From Candidatus Latescibacterota bacterium (lineage in GTDB: Bacteria > Latescibacterota > UBA2968), in assembly GCA_965208125.1 (NCBI GenBank), contig OZ242320.1, positions 3,328,001 to 3,392,000 on the forward strand: DNA of 64,000 nt. Reading direction: 5' to 3'. How positions within the stretch are numbered: position 1 is the first letter of the stretch; each line of letters opens with the position of its first letter. This document shows positions 29,621 to 39,558 of the stretch, piece by piece. Below the pieces are notes generated by a model. It ran no database searches. It was given only the letters and a program-made list of their open reading frames with translations, and was not told the DNA's origin. The translations under genes were made by a program, and so were the position numbers.

Positions 29621-31536
29621 CCCGCTTCCTTTGTTTTTTCGAGGGTTTTGATTTTTTGTCGGAGGTTTCGCAGTCGCTCGCGGGCTATGTCGGCTTCAAG
29701 GCTTGTGGGATAGTTGACGAGCAGGGTTTCATAGATTTTTTGCGCGTCGTAATATTGTCCGAGATATTTGTCGTAGATCGCGCCCTGTGCGATATATGCG
29801 GCGGGGGAAAGTGGGCTTTCGGGTTGCGTGGCGATGAGTTTGCGATAGGTCTGAAGGGCTTGTGGATAGCGTTTCTGGTCGGCGTAGATTTTTGCCTGAT
29901 GGTCGAGCAAGCGATCCGCGAGAAAGGATTGCGGATGGGCGTGGTGAAGGGTTTCAAAAGCGTGTAATGCCCCGTTCTGGTCTTTTTGGCGCAGTTTGAG
30001 GCAGGCACTGGCATACGCGCTGAGCAGGGTTGCGTCTGCGCGCTGGCCTTCTTGTAATAGCGCGGATAGGGCGATGGCGTCGTTGATGATGTCGCGGTTG
30101 ACATCTGTTTTGAGCACGATGTCGAGCAGGGTTTGTGCCTGGTCGATCTGGCCCGATAGAAAATGCAATTCGGCGAGGCGAAAGCGGGCTTCGGTTGCTT
30201 CGGGAGCGGTCGCTCTTTCGGAGATGATCTGGTGGTAGATGAGCCGCGTCTTATCTATGCTGTTCGCCTGTAGATGGCCTTCGGCGAGTGCAAATAGTGC
30301 CTTGTATCGCCAGGTGCTGCGCCGATGGGTCTGGATCAGGTTTTGAAATGCTTGTTGGGCACCTGCGGCGTCATTGTGGTGGTCGCGCAAGATGATGCCT
30401 ACGAGAAAGCGGGCTTCGTCGGTCTCTGCGCGATTGGGGTGATGGGCGATGAGGTCACTGTAGTGGTTTTGTGCCTCGGCGGGGCGATTTGCAAGCTGAT
30501 ATGCTTTGCCCAGGCCCAATAGCGCGCGCGCGCGATGGTCGGGATGGTCTGCGCGGTCGCGTATCGCCTGATAAGCGGCAATGGAGGTTGCGGGATTGTC
30601 ATTGTCGAGGGCATAGCGCGCAATGCGGAAGAGATAATTCCAGTTATTTTTTGTCAGCGCGTTGGGCGAGAGCAAAAGGTCGAGTGTTTGAGCGACAAAT
30701 CCAGCGGGCAGGGCGTATTCGATGAGCAGGCTGAGATGGGTTTGATCACTGGGCGATGAGAGCAGGTCAAAGATCTCGGCGTGCTGGTCGCCGTTTTGGG
30801 CAAAATCGCGCAGGCGTGCTTCAACGTGCGCGCGATATTGCGGGTTTTGCTGAACCCAGATCAGATATTCGCGCACAGCATCGGGATAATGGGCGCGGCG
30901 TTCGGCGACTTCGGCGAGTTCGCGGGCAAAAAGCGTTGTTTTTTTGAGTGTGGCTCTCGCACGGCGGTAGGTCTGTTCGGCGCGTTTGTCGAGGTTGCGT
31001 TTGCGATAGCGACCGGCAATGATGGCAAAGGGGTATGTGGTGGTCGCCTTCTGGAGCAGGGGTTCCCAAAATGCGGCTGCGGAATCTATTTGGCCCAGTT
31101 CAAAGAGGGCGATGCCCAGGCGAAGGCGCGCGTTATTATCATTTGGAACAGACGATAGGCGTTGGCGCAACAGCACGACGACTTCGTCATGCCTGCCCGC
31201 CCGCGAGAGTGCGGATTCGAGGCGCATGAGAAGGTCGGCGCGATGGGGATGCTGGATGTAAAGACCGCGGTAGATGTGAATCGCGCTTGTGAAGTTCTTT
31301 TTAGCCTCAAGGGCTATTGCGCGCTGGAGCGCGGCGTTTATTTGCTCGGTAGATGCAGTGGCAATCCCCGCTAATAAGAGGAGGATGGCAAATAGACGAA
31401 TAGACGAATAGACGAATAGACGAGTCGGTGAATCGGCGAATCGGCGAATCGGCGAGTAGATGAATCGACGCAATGGTGTACAACTGTGTTTATCTGTGTT
31501 CATCTGTGGTTGCATTTGTCTTTTTAGCATCTTCAA
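29617..31536 (-). CDS. Tetratricopeptide repeat protein (start uncertain; repeat insertion at N-terminus)
   Basis: Repeated helical A..Y..LI..HP units; hydrophobic signal-like stretch LFAILLLLAGIATA. Confidence 0.8.
   Translation of the reverse strand: MKMLKRQMQPQMNTDKHSCTPLRRFIYSPIRRFADSPTRLFVYSSIRLFAILLLLAGIATASTEQINAALQRAIALEAKKNFTSAIHIYRGLYIQHPHRADLLMRLESALSRAGRHDEVVVLLRQRLSSVPNDNNARLRLGIALFELGQIDSAAAFWEPLLQKATTTYPFAIIAGRYRKRNLDKRAEQTYRRARATLKKTTLFARELAEVAERRAHYPDAVREYLIWVQQNPQYRAHVEARLRDFAQNGDQHAEIFDLLSSPSDQTHLSLLIEYALPAGFVAQTLDLLLSPNALTKNNWNYLFRIARYALDNDNPATSIAAYQAIRDRADHPDHRARALLGLGKAYQLANRPAEAQNHYSDLIAHHPNRAETDEARFLVGIILRDHHNDAAGAQQAFQNLIQTHRRSTWRYKALFALAEGHLQANSIDKTRLIYHQIISERATAPEATEARFRLAELHFLSGQIDQAQTLLDIVLKTDVNRDIINDAIALSALLQEGQRADATLLSAYASACLKLRQKDQNGALHAFETLHHAHPQSFLADRLLDHQAKIYADQKRYPQALQTYRKLIATQPESPLSPAAYIAQGAIYDKYLGQYYDAQKIYETLLVNYPTSLEADIARERLRNLRQKIKTLEKTKEAG
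31387..31511. repeat. Tandem degenerate 8-mers (11 units) plus 10-mers
   Basis: GACGAATA x3, GGCGAATC x2 and variants at 31387-31474; CTGTGTTTAT/CTGTGTTCAT/CTGTGGTT at 31484-31511. Confidence 0.85.
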
Positions 31537-34500
31537 TCAAGTTTTCAAAATACCGCCGGATAAGAGCCTGGTATTCGGATGAATATCCTTCTTTGAGGGC
31601 GTCGCGCATCAGATGGCGCAGTGGATTGTCGGCTTCTCCCAAATCTGAGGGGAGCGATCCCGGTCCGCGATAGGTCAGATTTATGCCCGTGCGCGCCTGT
31701 CGCTTTTTGCTCTTTCCGCGCGATCTCATGGCCTGTTGGGCATCGAGCAGACGGGAGAGGATTTGTCGCTGTCGCATGAGGGTTTGGGGGGCGACCCGGC
31801 GTTGGAGAAGTTCACGTGCAGTTTCACGCATGTCGCTGGCAATTTTGCCCAGATCGCCGAGCATTTCGCGCTGTTGCCGCGCCAATTCGCCGCGCAGGGC
31901 ATTGAGCGCGTCCCGGATGGCGCGCTGTTGGGCCGCGAGTTTTTGCCACGAGGGTTGGCCGCCTTGCTGCCCAAATAGATTTTCGGTTTGGGCGTTGAGT
32001 TCTCCCTGTTGCTGTGCGAGTTGGGCCATTTTTGCCATCATTTCTTCAAAACCCGTGCCCGATTCTGACGACGCGAGTTGTCCCAGTGCTTGTTGTACCA
32101 TCATGGCTGTGCGGTTGATTTCTCCCATGGCTTCGCGGGCGAGTTGAGCCGCCTGATTGGCATTGCCCGCATTGAGTTGTTCGGCAGCGCCTTCCATTTT
32201 GTTCAGGGCCTGACCCAGGGATGCCTGTGCGCGGGGGGGCATGAAGAAGGTTTTTTGCGAGGCGTCCATCAGGCGTTGTGCCATGCGCGATGCCCCGGTT
32301 ATCGCACGCGCCTGGTCCAGCGCGAGGGGAGCGGCGTCATCGCGGCTTCCCGCCTCATTGGCGCGCTGTGCCGTGCGTTCCTGCGCCTGGGATAAGGTGA
32401 GGAGATCGTGCAATACGCGGTTGAGTTCTCTGGCGATTTCTTCTTTTTGAAGCTGGATAAATTGCTGTCGGGTGTGTGCGAGGTTCTGGCTCAGGTCTTG
32501 CAAGTCCCGGGCGAGAGAATCGCTGCCTGAGCGCGCACTTTGTCGTTGTCCTTGTGCGAGGTCCTGGCGCACTTGATCCATGCGGGGGGTGAGTTGTTTA
32601 TTTTTTATTGCATTGGCGATTTGGTCGAGTTCGCCATCGGTGGGGCTGTCCATTTTTTCCGATGCCTGTTGCAGTTCTGTGTGCAATTGTTCGGTGTCTC
32701 GGGCGATTCGCGTCTGGCGACGGATGAGGTCTTCGGCGGGTTCGCGTTCGATATTTTGCGTGATCTGATCCTGAGCATGGGCGAGTTCTTCGAGTTTTTG
32801 GTTGAGCGCGTCGAGGGTTTGTTGTTGTTGAACGCGCCGCAAAAGGGCGAGGGTGCGGTCGATGCTTTCTCGGAATTTTTCGCGCTCCATCTGAAATTCT
32901 TCAAGGGCTTCGCGCACCCTGTTTGCATCGGCACTTTTGATGGCTTCGTCCAGTTTTTTCATGACGTCTTCGAGTTCTGGCGTGCGGATTTGTGAGAGCA
33001 ATGTTTGTAGTTCTTCGAGTTTTTGCAGGGTATCGTCTTCGAGTAATCCGCTTTCTTGCAGGCGGTCGAGGGCGCGTTCGAGTTGTTCGGCTGTGGACTC
33101 AATTTGTTCGGCGAGTTGTTCTTGCGTTTGGCGCGCTTTTTCGAGTTCGCGTTTTTCCTGCCAGTCGAGTTTGTCTTTGGAGAGCATATCGCGGGCGAGT
33201 TCTTTGAGGCGCGCGTCGAGTTCGCGCCCGCGTTGTTGCACGGTTTCGATCTCGTCGATGCCCTCACGCTGTATTTTATCTACTTCCCGATGAATTTCAA
33301 ACAGGCTGGGCATGCGAATTGTAAAGGTAGCTGTTTCACCATAAGAGGGCCTGGGGTTGTTGTCATAAGCGCGGATTCTGTAGGTGATTTGATCGCCCGG
33401 TAGCAAGTCGAGGTTGGACAGGTCCCAGTGATAGGATGTTTCGAGTTCTCGCCCGGATGTTGTGACAATTGGAAGGATGTGGTCTGTGTCGTCGTCTTTC
33501 TGGTATCTGAGTTGTAGGTGCGATATGCCGTAGTCGTCAAAGGCTTCGATAACGAGGGAGACGCGCATTGATTCTGTGAGATCAATGTCTTGTCCCGGTC
33601 GCAACAGGCGCACATCGGGTGGTTGATCGGGCAGCGCGACAATGCGATATGCCACGGGGTCTTTGTTGGCGATCATCTGGTGATCGCGCAAATGTACGCG
33701 ATAGCGTCCATCTTTTTTTATTGACAGAGTTGCCCGCGCAAGCGATGAAGATACTGTGGCGGATAATTCGGTTGCGTCGTCAAATACGAGCGAGGCCGAT
33801 TCGAGAGATTTGTTGGTTTCAATCGTCAATGAGACTTCTGTGCCGGTTGGTACAATTATGTCGCCGCCCTGTTGATCGATGCGGTCGGGCATGGCTGTGT
33901 GCGGCGGAAATCGGTCGCGATGCGAGATGCGCGTGACAATGGGACGCGGATGTACGGTTGTGGTGTAGGTGGGCGTTTGCGCGTCGTGGGCAGATAGGCG
34001 GTAATCAAAAGATCGCGTGACACTGGGAAAGTGGTGAGATGCGCCCGCTTGTTTGATAGGCAAGACAAAAGAGGCCCATGTTTGTACGTCTTTTTCGCGT
34101 ACATACAGGCGCGCAGTACGCGGAACAATGCCCGCAAATTGTGCGGTGAGTGTAAGAGGCTCCCCACCGACGATTTCGATATTGCCCGGTTTTAAAATTA
34201 TATACGTGTCCGGCGGGCGGGTGTATGGGGTTTGCGGGTTTGCAAGGCGTTGGGCAGCGTCGGATAAGGCCGTGGGCCATCCCGCGTGGAGTAATAGCGC
34301 GACGAGGGCGAGCACGACAACTGCCGTGGCAGCGCGAATGGGTGGCTTGCGATTGATGAGGGATTCATACGAAAGATGCTGTGTGGCGCGTTCTGCCTGG
34401 ATGATTGCGGCATCGACGAGTGCGGTGGCGTGTTCTTCGCGGTCTCTTTGTCGCCACAATTGGAGCGCGTTGATCAGGTGTTGCTGGAGGCCACCAAAGT

Positions 34501-34789
34501 GTTGTTCCACACGCAGTGCGATCTGGTCGAGGCTGGGAGGTTTGATAAATGGCAGGACGCAGAAGCGAGCGAGCAGGTATAAGAGGCACAGAGCGCACAA
34601 ACTCTCTAAGACAATTTTGAGAATCGGGCGCAGGTAGAATATCGATTCGAGGATGACGAGGGCGGTACCCGCGCTGAGGATAAATACCAGCGCGAGGCCC
34701 ACGCCTGTTAGTGCCCGATTTGCCGCGAGCAGTGTGCGCAGCCTTGTGAGGCGGTGGATGAGTTTTTGATGTGCGGAGTGCGAGGTCAT
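31490..34789 (-). CDS. DUF4175-like membrane-anchored long coiled-coil protein
   Basis: N-terminal TMs, DQPPDV, DDYGI, YRIRAYDN, Q/E/L-rich coiled coil, terminal EY..LIRRYFENL. Confidence 0.75.
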   Translation of the reverse strand: MTSHSAHQKLIHRLTRLRTLLAANRALTGVGLALVFILSAGTALVILESIFYLRPILKIVLESLCALCLLYLLARFCVLPFIKPPSLDQIALRVEQHFGGLQQHLINALQLWRQRDREEHATALVDAAIIQAERATQHLSYESLINRKPPIRAATAVVVLALVALLLHAGWPTALSDAAQRLANPQTPYTRPPDTYIILKPGNIEIVGGEPLTLTAQFAGIVPRTARLYVREKDVQTWASFVLPIKQAGASHHFPSVTRSFDYRLSAHDAQTPTYTTTVHPRPIVTRISHRDRFPPHTAMPDRIDQQGGDIIVPTGTEVSLTIETNKSLESASLVFDDATELSATVSSSLARATLSIKKDGRYRVHLRDHQMIANKDPVAYRIVALPDQPPDVRLLRPGQDIDLTESMRVSLVIEAFDDYGISHLQLRYQKDDDTDHILPIVTTSGRELETSYHWDLSNLDLLPGDQITYRIRAYDNNPRPSYGETATFTIRMPSLFEIHREVDKIQREGIDEIETVQQRGRELDARLKELARDMLSKDKLDWQEKRELEKARQTQEQLAEQIESTAEQLERALDRLQESGLLEDDTLQKLEELQTLLSQIRTPELEDVMKKLDEAIKSADANRVREALEEFQMEREKFRESIDRTLALLRRVQQQQTLDALNQKLEELAHAQDQITQNIEREPAEDLIRRQTRIARDTEQLHTELQQASEKMDSPTDGELDQIANAIKNKQLTPRMDQVRQDLAQGQRQSARSGSDSLARDLQDLSQNLAHTRQQFIQLQKEEIARELNRVLHDLLTLSQAQERTAQRANEAGSRDDAAPLALDQARAITGASRMAQRLMDASQKTFFMPPRAQASLGQALNKMEGAAEQLNAGNANQAAQLAREAMGEINRTAMMVQQALGQLASSESGTGFEEMMAKMAQLAQQQGELNAQTENLFGQQGGQPSWQKLAAQQRAIRDALNALRGELARQQREMLGDLGKIASDMRETARELLQRRVAPQTLMRQRQILSRLLDAQQAMRSRGKSKKRQARTGINLTYRGPGSLPSDLGEADNPLRHLMRDALKEGYSSEYQALIRRYFENLIEDAKKTNATTDEHR

Positions 34790-34801
34790 GGAAATCAGTG
34801 G

Positions 34802-35464
34802 TCAATGCGTCAGTGCCCAGACAATGACGTTGGTGCCCATTTTGAGGGCTTCTTGTCTTTTTGCGGGCGGGTCGTTGTGTACGTCGGGATCATCCCATCC
34901 ATCGGCGATGTCGCTGCTCGTGTTGTAAAAGACGATCAGGCGGTTTTCGTGAAATAGACCCAGAGCCTGAGGTGGGTCGCCGTCGTGTTCATGGATTTTT
35001 GGCAAGCCGTTTGGAAAGTGAAACGGCGTTTTGAAGAGGCCAAAAGACGGGGGCAATTGGACGAGTTTTTTGTCGGGGAATGCGCGTTTGAGTTCCCGGC
35101 GAAAGGATTCGTCCAGGCCGTAGTCGTCGTTGGCAAAGAGAAATCCGCCGCGTTCGAGATAGAGGCGCAAACGCCGCAGTTCTTCTTCGGAGAATCGGAT
35201 GTTGCCATGTCCGGTGAGAAATAGAACGGGATAGGCAAAGAGGTGTTCGTCAGTAAGCGCGACCTGGGCTTCTTGCTCGGCGGTGTGGATGGGCGTGTGT
35301 TGTCTGATAAATGCGAGCAGGTTGGGAATTTCTGTTGGGCCATTATACCAGTCACCGCCACCGTCGTATTTGAGACGCGCTATGGTGAATGCCGCGGGCG
35401 GGTCTTGCAATTGGGCCAGGCTGGGCGCAGAGATTATCAGGAGTAGAAGGATGAAATGGCGCAT
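34802..35464 (-). CDS. DUF4159 domain secreted protein
   Basis: ARLKYDGGGDWY, FLTGHG, GGFLFANDDYG, PKIHEHDG, DIADGW, MGTN. Confidence 0.85.
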   Translation of the reverse strand: MRHFILLLLIISAPSLAQLQDPPAAFTIARLKYDGGGDWYNGPTEIPNLLAFIRQHTPIHTAEQEAQVALTDEHLFAYPVLFLTGHGNIRFSEEELRRLRLYLERGGFLFANDDYGLDESFRRELKRAFPDKKLVQLPPSFGLFKTPFHFPNGLPKIHEHDGDPPQALGLFHENRLIVFYNTSSDIADGWDDPDVHNDPPAKRQEALKMGTNVIVWALTH

Positions 35465-35502
35465 GGTTTTTATGACGCGAAAAGGCGGCTTTCGGTTCCG
35501 TT

Positions 35503-35557
35503 GTAGGGGCGGTGCCTCCGTATAAAATCATTACGGAGCAGGCTCCTGTGCCCGCCC
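35503..35557. repeat. GTAG-type REP-like element with internal hairpin insert
   Basis: GTAGGGGCGGTGCC...GTGCCCGCCC, same family as 37086 and 41591. Confidence 0.7.
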
Positions 35558-35569
35558 ATCGGAGGTCTC

Positions 35570-35911
35570 TTATGTTTCACTTTTTACGTTGTCTATTTGC
35601 AATATGGAGGGCGCTGTGCCAAAGGTGTAAGAGCAGTCGAAGTCAACTTCTGATAAACACCGCGTGTCAATTGGAAATGCCGCGCATTGTTTGGGGCGGT
35701 TTTCGTAGATGCTACAGAGGGTTTCTCCGGTGTCATTTTTGATGAGAAACGGACATTTGAACAGGAGTTCACAGCAGTTGCCACACTGGTTGCATTCGCC
35801 CTGTCGGTTTTTTTCTTGTTGCGCGACATAGGCTTTGCGAAATCGCAGCAGCAAAAAGCGTCGCACTTTGCCGATGGCTTGTTCGCACATTTTGCCAAAG
35901 GTTCTGGGCAT
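35570..35911 (-). CDS. Cysteine-cluster (YkgJ/CxxCxxCC-like) small protein
   Basis: CNQCGNCC, CPFL, CSIYENRPKQCAAFP. Confidence 0.7.
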   Translation of the reverse strand: MPRTFGKMCEQAIGKVRRFLLLRFRKAYVAQQEKNRQGECNQCGNCCELLFKCPFLIKNDTGETLCSIYENRPKQCAAFPIDTRCLSEVDFDCSYTFGTAPSILQIDNVKSET

Positions 35912-35927
35912 GGGAAAGTCCCGTTTC

Positions 35928-37070
35928 TTATTTTATTTGTTCGATTTCACGCTCTGCAGCCTGTACGCTGCTTTTGGTGTCGTGAACGGCGATGGTGAGG
36001 TCGCAGTGCTGGGTTTCGCCGCCGTTGAGTGTGATGACGCGTCCGGCTTCGCGTTCAACGCTTTTGGCGTTGGGATAGTTGGTGGCGGGTTCGAGGCCTA
36101 CAACGTATCCATCTGGGGTTGCTGCGGTGTTTTTCCAGAGGGTAAAGTACGGCATTTGTTTGAGTGCGTAGTGGAGCGAAGACCCGAGGTTGCCTTCGGC
36201 GTTTTTGAGCAGGACAGATGTGTTACCTTCGCTGTTGCCGGCGAGTTTGTAAAAATAAACTTGTTCGATATAACCCGGGGTGGGGGCGAGGCATTTGTCG
36301 AAAGTGTCGATGCCTTCCTCTGCGCGTGGGTCGCGTGGAGAGACGGTTTTGTGCGGTGTTACGATGGACGCGCCTTCTTCGAGGAGAGGTGCGCCGTAGT
36401 TGCAGTGGTAGAGCAGTTCCATTTCAGCGGGTTTGTCGTTGAGGTTGGTGACTTGATCGGCTATGGTGAAGTTGTTGCTGCCGAGTTCGGTCGATATGGC
36501 TGTGGTGAGGCGCAGCGCAGGACCAAACATCATGGTTTCATCGACGATGCCCAATACGGTGATGCGATGGGGCGGTGTCAGTTCGATTTGCACTTCGACA
36601 TGGCGCGCGGGTATGTTGGCGATTTTGCCGTGCAGGGGGACAAAGACTTCGGCTTCGTTGCCGTTGTTGTCGATGACGATGTCTTTGCCGGGTGCGCCAT
36701 TGCTGTCGAGGCCACAGCGCACGATCCATTCGTTAAAGCCTTTGAGCCATCCCAGGCCACCCCGGTCGTTGAGTTCGACAAAGGCCGGGTTGACGAGGTC
36801 GCGCACGGGCGATTTCCAGCCCAGGGGTATGCCGCGATAAGTGCCTTTCCATATTCCCATGCCGCGCGTGGGGACGATGAATACAGAGAGTGCCCCGTTG
36901 TCGAGTTCAATGAGGTCAACCCCGTCTTGTGTGCCGCCTTTGAGAGCGGTTTTTTGCACGCGCCATGTGTGTTCTGTGCCAAGTGGTAGGGTGGATTCAT
37001 CAAGGGCCCACGATTCTGTCCAGAGTGCGCGTTCGACATCGGTGAGAACAAAGCGATAAGTGCCTTCCAT
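35928..37070 (-). CDS. Aldose 1-epimerase-like (DUF4432) protein
   Basis: PTRGMGI, LGWKSP, RCGL, LHGKIAN, LYHCNYG, GLEPAT; start at ATG 37070. Confidence 0.8.
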   Translation of the reverse strand: MEGTYRFVLTDVERALWTESWALDESTLPLGTEHTWRVQKTALKGGTQDGVDLIELDNGALSVFIVPTRGMGIWKGTYRGIPLGWKSPVRDLVNPAFVELNDRGGLGWLKGFNEWIVRCGLDSNGAPGKDIVIDNNGNEAEVFVPLHGKIANIPARHVEVQIELTPPHRITVLGIVDETMMFGPALRLTTAISTELGSNNFTIADQVTNLNDKPAEMELLYHCNYGAPLLEEGASIVTPHKTVSPRDPRAEEGIDTFDKCLAPTPGYIEQVYFYKLAGNSEGNTSVLLKNAEGNLGSSLHYALKQMPYFTLWKNTAATPDGYVVGLEPATNYPNAKSVEREAGRVITLNGGETQHCDLTIAVHDTKSSVQAAEREIEQIK

Positions 37071-37085
37071 GAGATTTCCTTCTGT

Positions 37086-37123
37086 GTAGGGGCGGTGCCC
37101 CCGTGCCCGCCCGTCGTAGGGGC
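37086..37123. repeat. GTAG-type REP-like element
   Basis: GTAGGGGCGGTGCCCCCGTGCCCGCCC identical to 41591-41617, followed by a partial second copy. Confidence 0.75.
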
Positions 37124-37288
37124 AGATGTCCTTTTTTGTTCGTCTGAATATACGGGAAAATGCGCGAGGTGAAAAGCGCAACGTATGGGCGACGCGGCCT
37201 GATGCTACCGGGTTGGTTGTCAAAATGGGTATAAGGTCTTAATTTTATATTGATTTTACGCAACTTCTACAGCATTGGCGATTGTAAA

Positions 37289-38671
37289 ATGAAAAAGCAA
37301 ACTTTCTTTTTTTGCGGTATTGGTGGCAGCGGCATGAGTGCTATTGCACAAGTGTTGCTGCATCAAGGCCATGCGGTGCGCGGGTCGGATCGCAGTTATG
37401 ACCGCGGGCAAAATGCGGATTTGTACGCGAGATTGCAGGCACTTGGGGTGGTGTTGTTTCCGCAAGATGGGTCGGGTGTGGATGCAGATGTGGATGTGCT
37501 GGTGGTGTCAAGTGCGGTCGAGCCGACGATTTTAGATGTACAGGCGGGGCTGGATCGCGGTATTGCTATTCGCAAGCGGGCTGAGGTGTTGGCGGACTTG
37601 TTTCATCGGGGGACGGGGATTGCCGTGGGGGGGACGAGTGGAAAGTCAACGGTGACGGGGATGATTGGGCATATTTTGAGCAGGACGGGACGAGAGCCTA
37701 CGGTGATCAATGGGGGGATGATGCGCGATGCGGTGCAGCCTCCGCGATTGGGCAATGCATTATGCGGCGATGCCGAGTTGGTGGTGATTGAGGCAGATGA
37801 GAGCGATGGTACGATTGCGCTGTACGAGCCGACGGTGTCGGTGTTGACGAATATTTCGCTGGATCACAAGCCGATGGCGGAGTTGGAGGCGCTTTTTGGG
37901 GCGTTTTGCGCGCGGGCAAGAGATGCGGTGGTGGTGAATCGTCTGTGCGAGCGGTCAATGGCTTTGACGCAGGGGGTAAAGCGGCGGGTGACTTTTGGGG
38001 TGGATTGCGAAGGGGCAGATGTGCAGGCTGCCGATGTCGAGTTGTTGCCCGATGGTGTGCGGTGTGTTGTCAATGGGTATTCTTGTGGGTTGCGCGTGCC
38101 TGGACGGCACAATGTTGCCAATGCGGTGGCGGCTATTGCCGCGTGTGGGGTGCTTGGGGTAAGCGCGAGAGATGGAGCAGAAGCATTGGGTGATTTTCGG
38201 GGGATTGGCAGGCGGTTGGAGGTGGTGGGTAAAGCACAGGGGGTGACAGTGATCGATGATTTTGCACATAATCCGGATAAAATTGCCGCGAGTTTGGCAA
38301 CGCTGAAGGCGCAGCCCGGGCGCGTGTTGTCGGTGTTTCAACCGCACGGTTTTGGGCCAACGCGGTTTTTAATGGATGGGCTGATTTCGGCATTTGTCAA
38401 TGGGATGGATGGGGATGATCTGGTGATTATGTTGGAGATTTTTTATGCGGGCGGGACAGCACAAAAGGATATTTCGTCGGGGGATTTGATCGCGCAGATT
38501 GCGCGTGCTGGGCGACGGGCTGAGTATATTGAAAGGCGCGAGGATATTATTGTGCGGTTGGCGGAGGAGGCGCGGGAGGGCGACCGGGTTGTGGTGATGG
38601 GCGCGCGGGATGATTCGCTGACGGTTTTTGCAAGAGATATATTATTACGGATTGAGAGCAGAGTGCGATGA
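37289..38671 (+). CDS. MurC/Mpl-like Mur ligase
   Basis: GIGGSGMS, GTSGKSTVT, EADESDG, DH, DDFAHNP, FQPHG. Confidence 0.85.
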   Translation: MKKQTFFFCGIGGSGMSAIAQVLLHQGHAVRGSDRSYDRGQNADLYARLQALGVVLFPQDGSGVDADVDVLVVSSAVEPTILDVQAGLDRGIAIRKRAEVLADLFHRGTGIAVGGTSGKSTVTGMIGHILSRTGREPTVINGGMMRDAVQPPRLGNALCGDAELVVIEADESDGTIALYEPTVSVLTNISLDHKPMAELEALFGAFCARARDAVVVNRLCERSMALTQGVKRRVTFGVDCEGADVQAADVELLPDGVRCVVNGYSCGLRVPGRHNVANAVAAIAACGVLGVSARDGAEALGDFRGIGRRLEVVGKAQGVTVIDDFAHNPDKIAASLATLKAQPGRVLSVFQPHGFGPTRFLMDGLISAFVNGMDGDDLVIMLEIFYAGGTAQKDISSGDLIAQIARAGRRAEYIERREDIIVRLAEEAREGDRVVVMGARDDSLTVFARDILLRIESRVR

Positions 38672-39558
38672 GTTTGCCTCCTGAATTGCAACCGGGCGAT
38701 ACGGTGGGGGTGATTGCGCCGTCCGGGTCTTTTGAGCGCGAGCGGTTGGCCCCCGGGCTGGCGTTTTTGCGCGCGAAGGGGTTTGATGTGCGCGAAGGGG
38801 CGTCGCTTTACGCTCAGGATCGGTATTTGGCGGGGGCAGATCGGGCGCGTGCGGATGATGTGAATGCGATGTTTGCCGATGGAGATGTGAAGGGTATTTT
38901 TGTTGCGCGCGGCGGGTATGGGGCAGCTCGCATTTTGGAGTTTTTGGATTGGGCGTCTATTGCCCAAAATCCAAAGGTGCTGGTGGGGCTGAGCGATACG
39001 ACGGCGTTGCAGTTGGCGATTTTTGCGCGAACGGGATTGGTGACGTTTTCCGGGTTTTTGCTGTGTTCGGATGCGACGGCAGAAGGCGTTGATCAGGAGA
39101 CGGAGCAGGCATTGTGGACGGCTGTGTGTTCGCATCGGTTTGAGGGCGTTGGTTTAACGCCTCTGCGCGGCGGCGAGGTGAATGGTCCACTCATTGGGGG
39201 GTGTTTGTCGCTGGTGGCGTCGCTGGTGGGTACACAGTTTTTGCCAGTACTGGACGGTGCTGTGCTGGTGCTGGAGGATGTGAATGAGCCGCCGTATCGC
39301 GTGGATCGGATGCTGAATCAGTTGGCGATGGCCGGGGTGTTTGATCGCGTCGCAGGTGTGGTGTTTGGCGAGTTTGTGGATTGCGAACCCGAGCGTGAGA
39401 CAGAAGGCCGTATTGAAGATGTGATCGATGATTTTGTTGCGCGGGTATCCTGTCCGGTTTTTTGTGGTTTGCCTTATGGACACGGCAAAGCGCGGCGGGT
39501 GCTACCTATTGGTCTGGGCGTCAGGATTGCACGGGATGTGTTGGAATTTGATCTATGA
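38668..39558 (+). CDS. ldcA: LD-carboxypeptidase (S66)
   Basis: RGGYG, GLSDTT (Ser), LEDVNE (Glu), GH (His). Confidence 0.9.
   Translation: MSLPPELQPGDTVGVIAPSGSFERERLAPGLAFLRAKGFDVREGASLYAQDRYLAGADRARADDVNAMFADGDVKGIFVARGGYGAARILEFLDWASIAQNPKVLVGLSDTTALQLAIFARTGLVTFSGFLLCSDATAEGVDQETEQALWTAVCSHRFEGVGLTPLRGGEVNGPLIGGCLSLVASLVGTQFLPVLDGAVLVLEDVNEPPYRVDRMLNQLAMAGVFDRVAGVVFGEFVDCEPERETEGRIEDVIDDFVARVSCPVFCGLPYGHGKARRVLPIGLGVRIARDVLEFDL

Noticed and set aside
35835-36989. 384-aa plus-strand ORF and other long antisense ORFs
   Set aside because: Shadow frames of recognisable genes on the opposite strand; no motifs.
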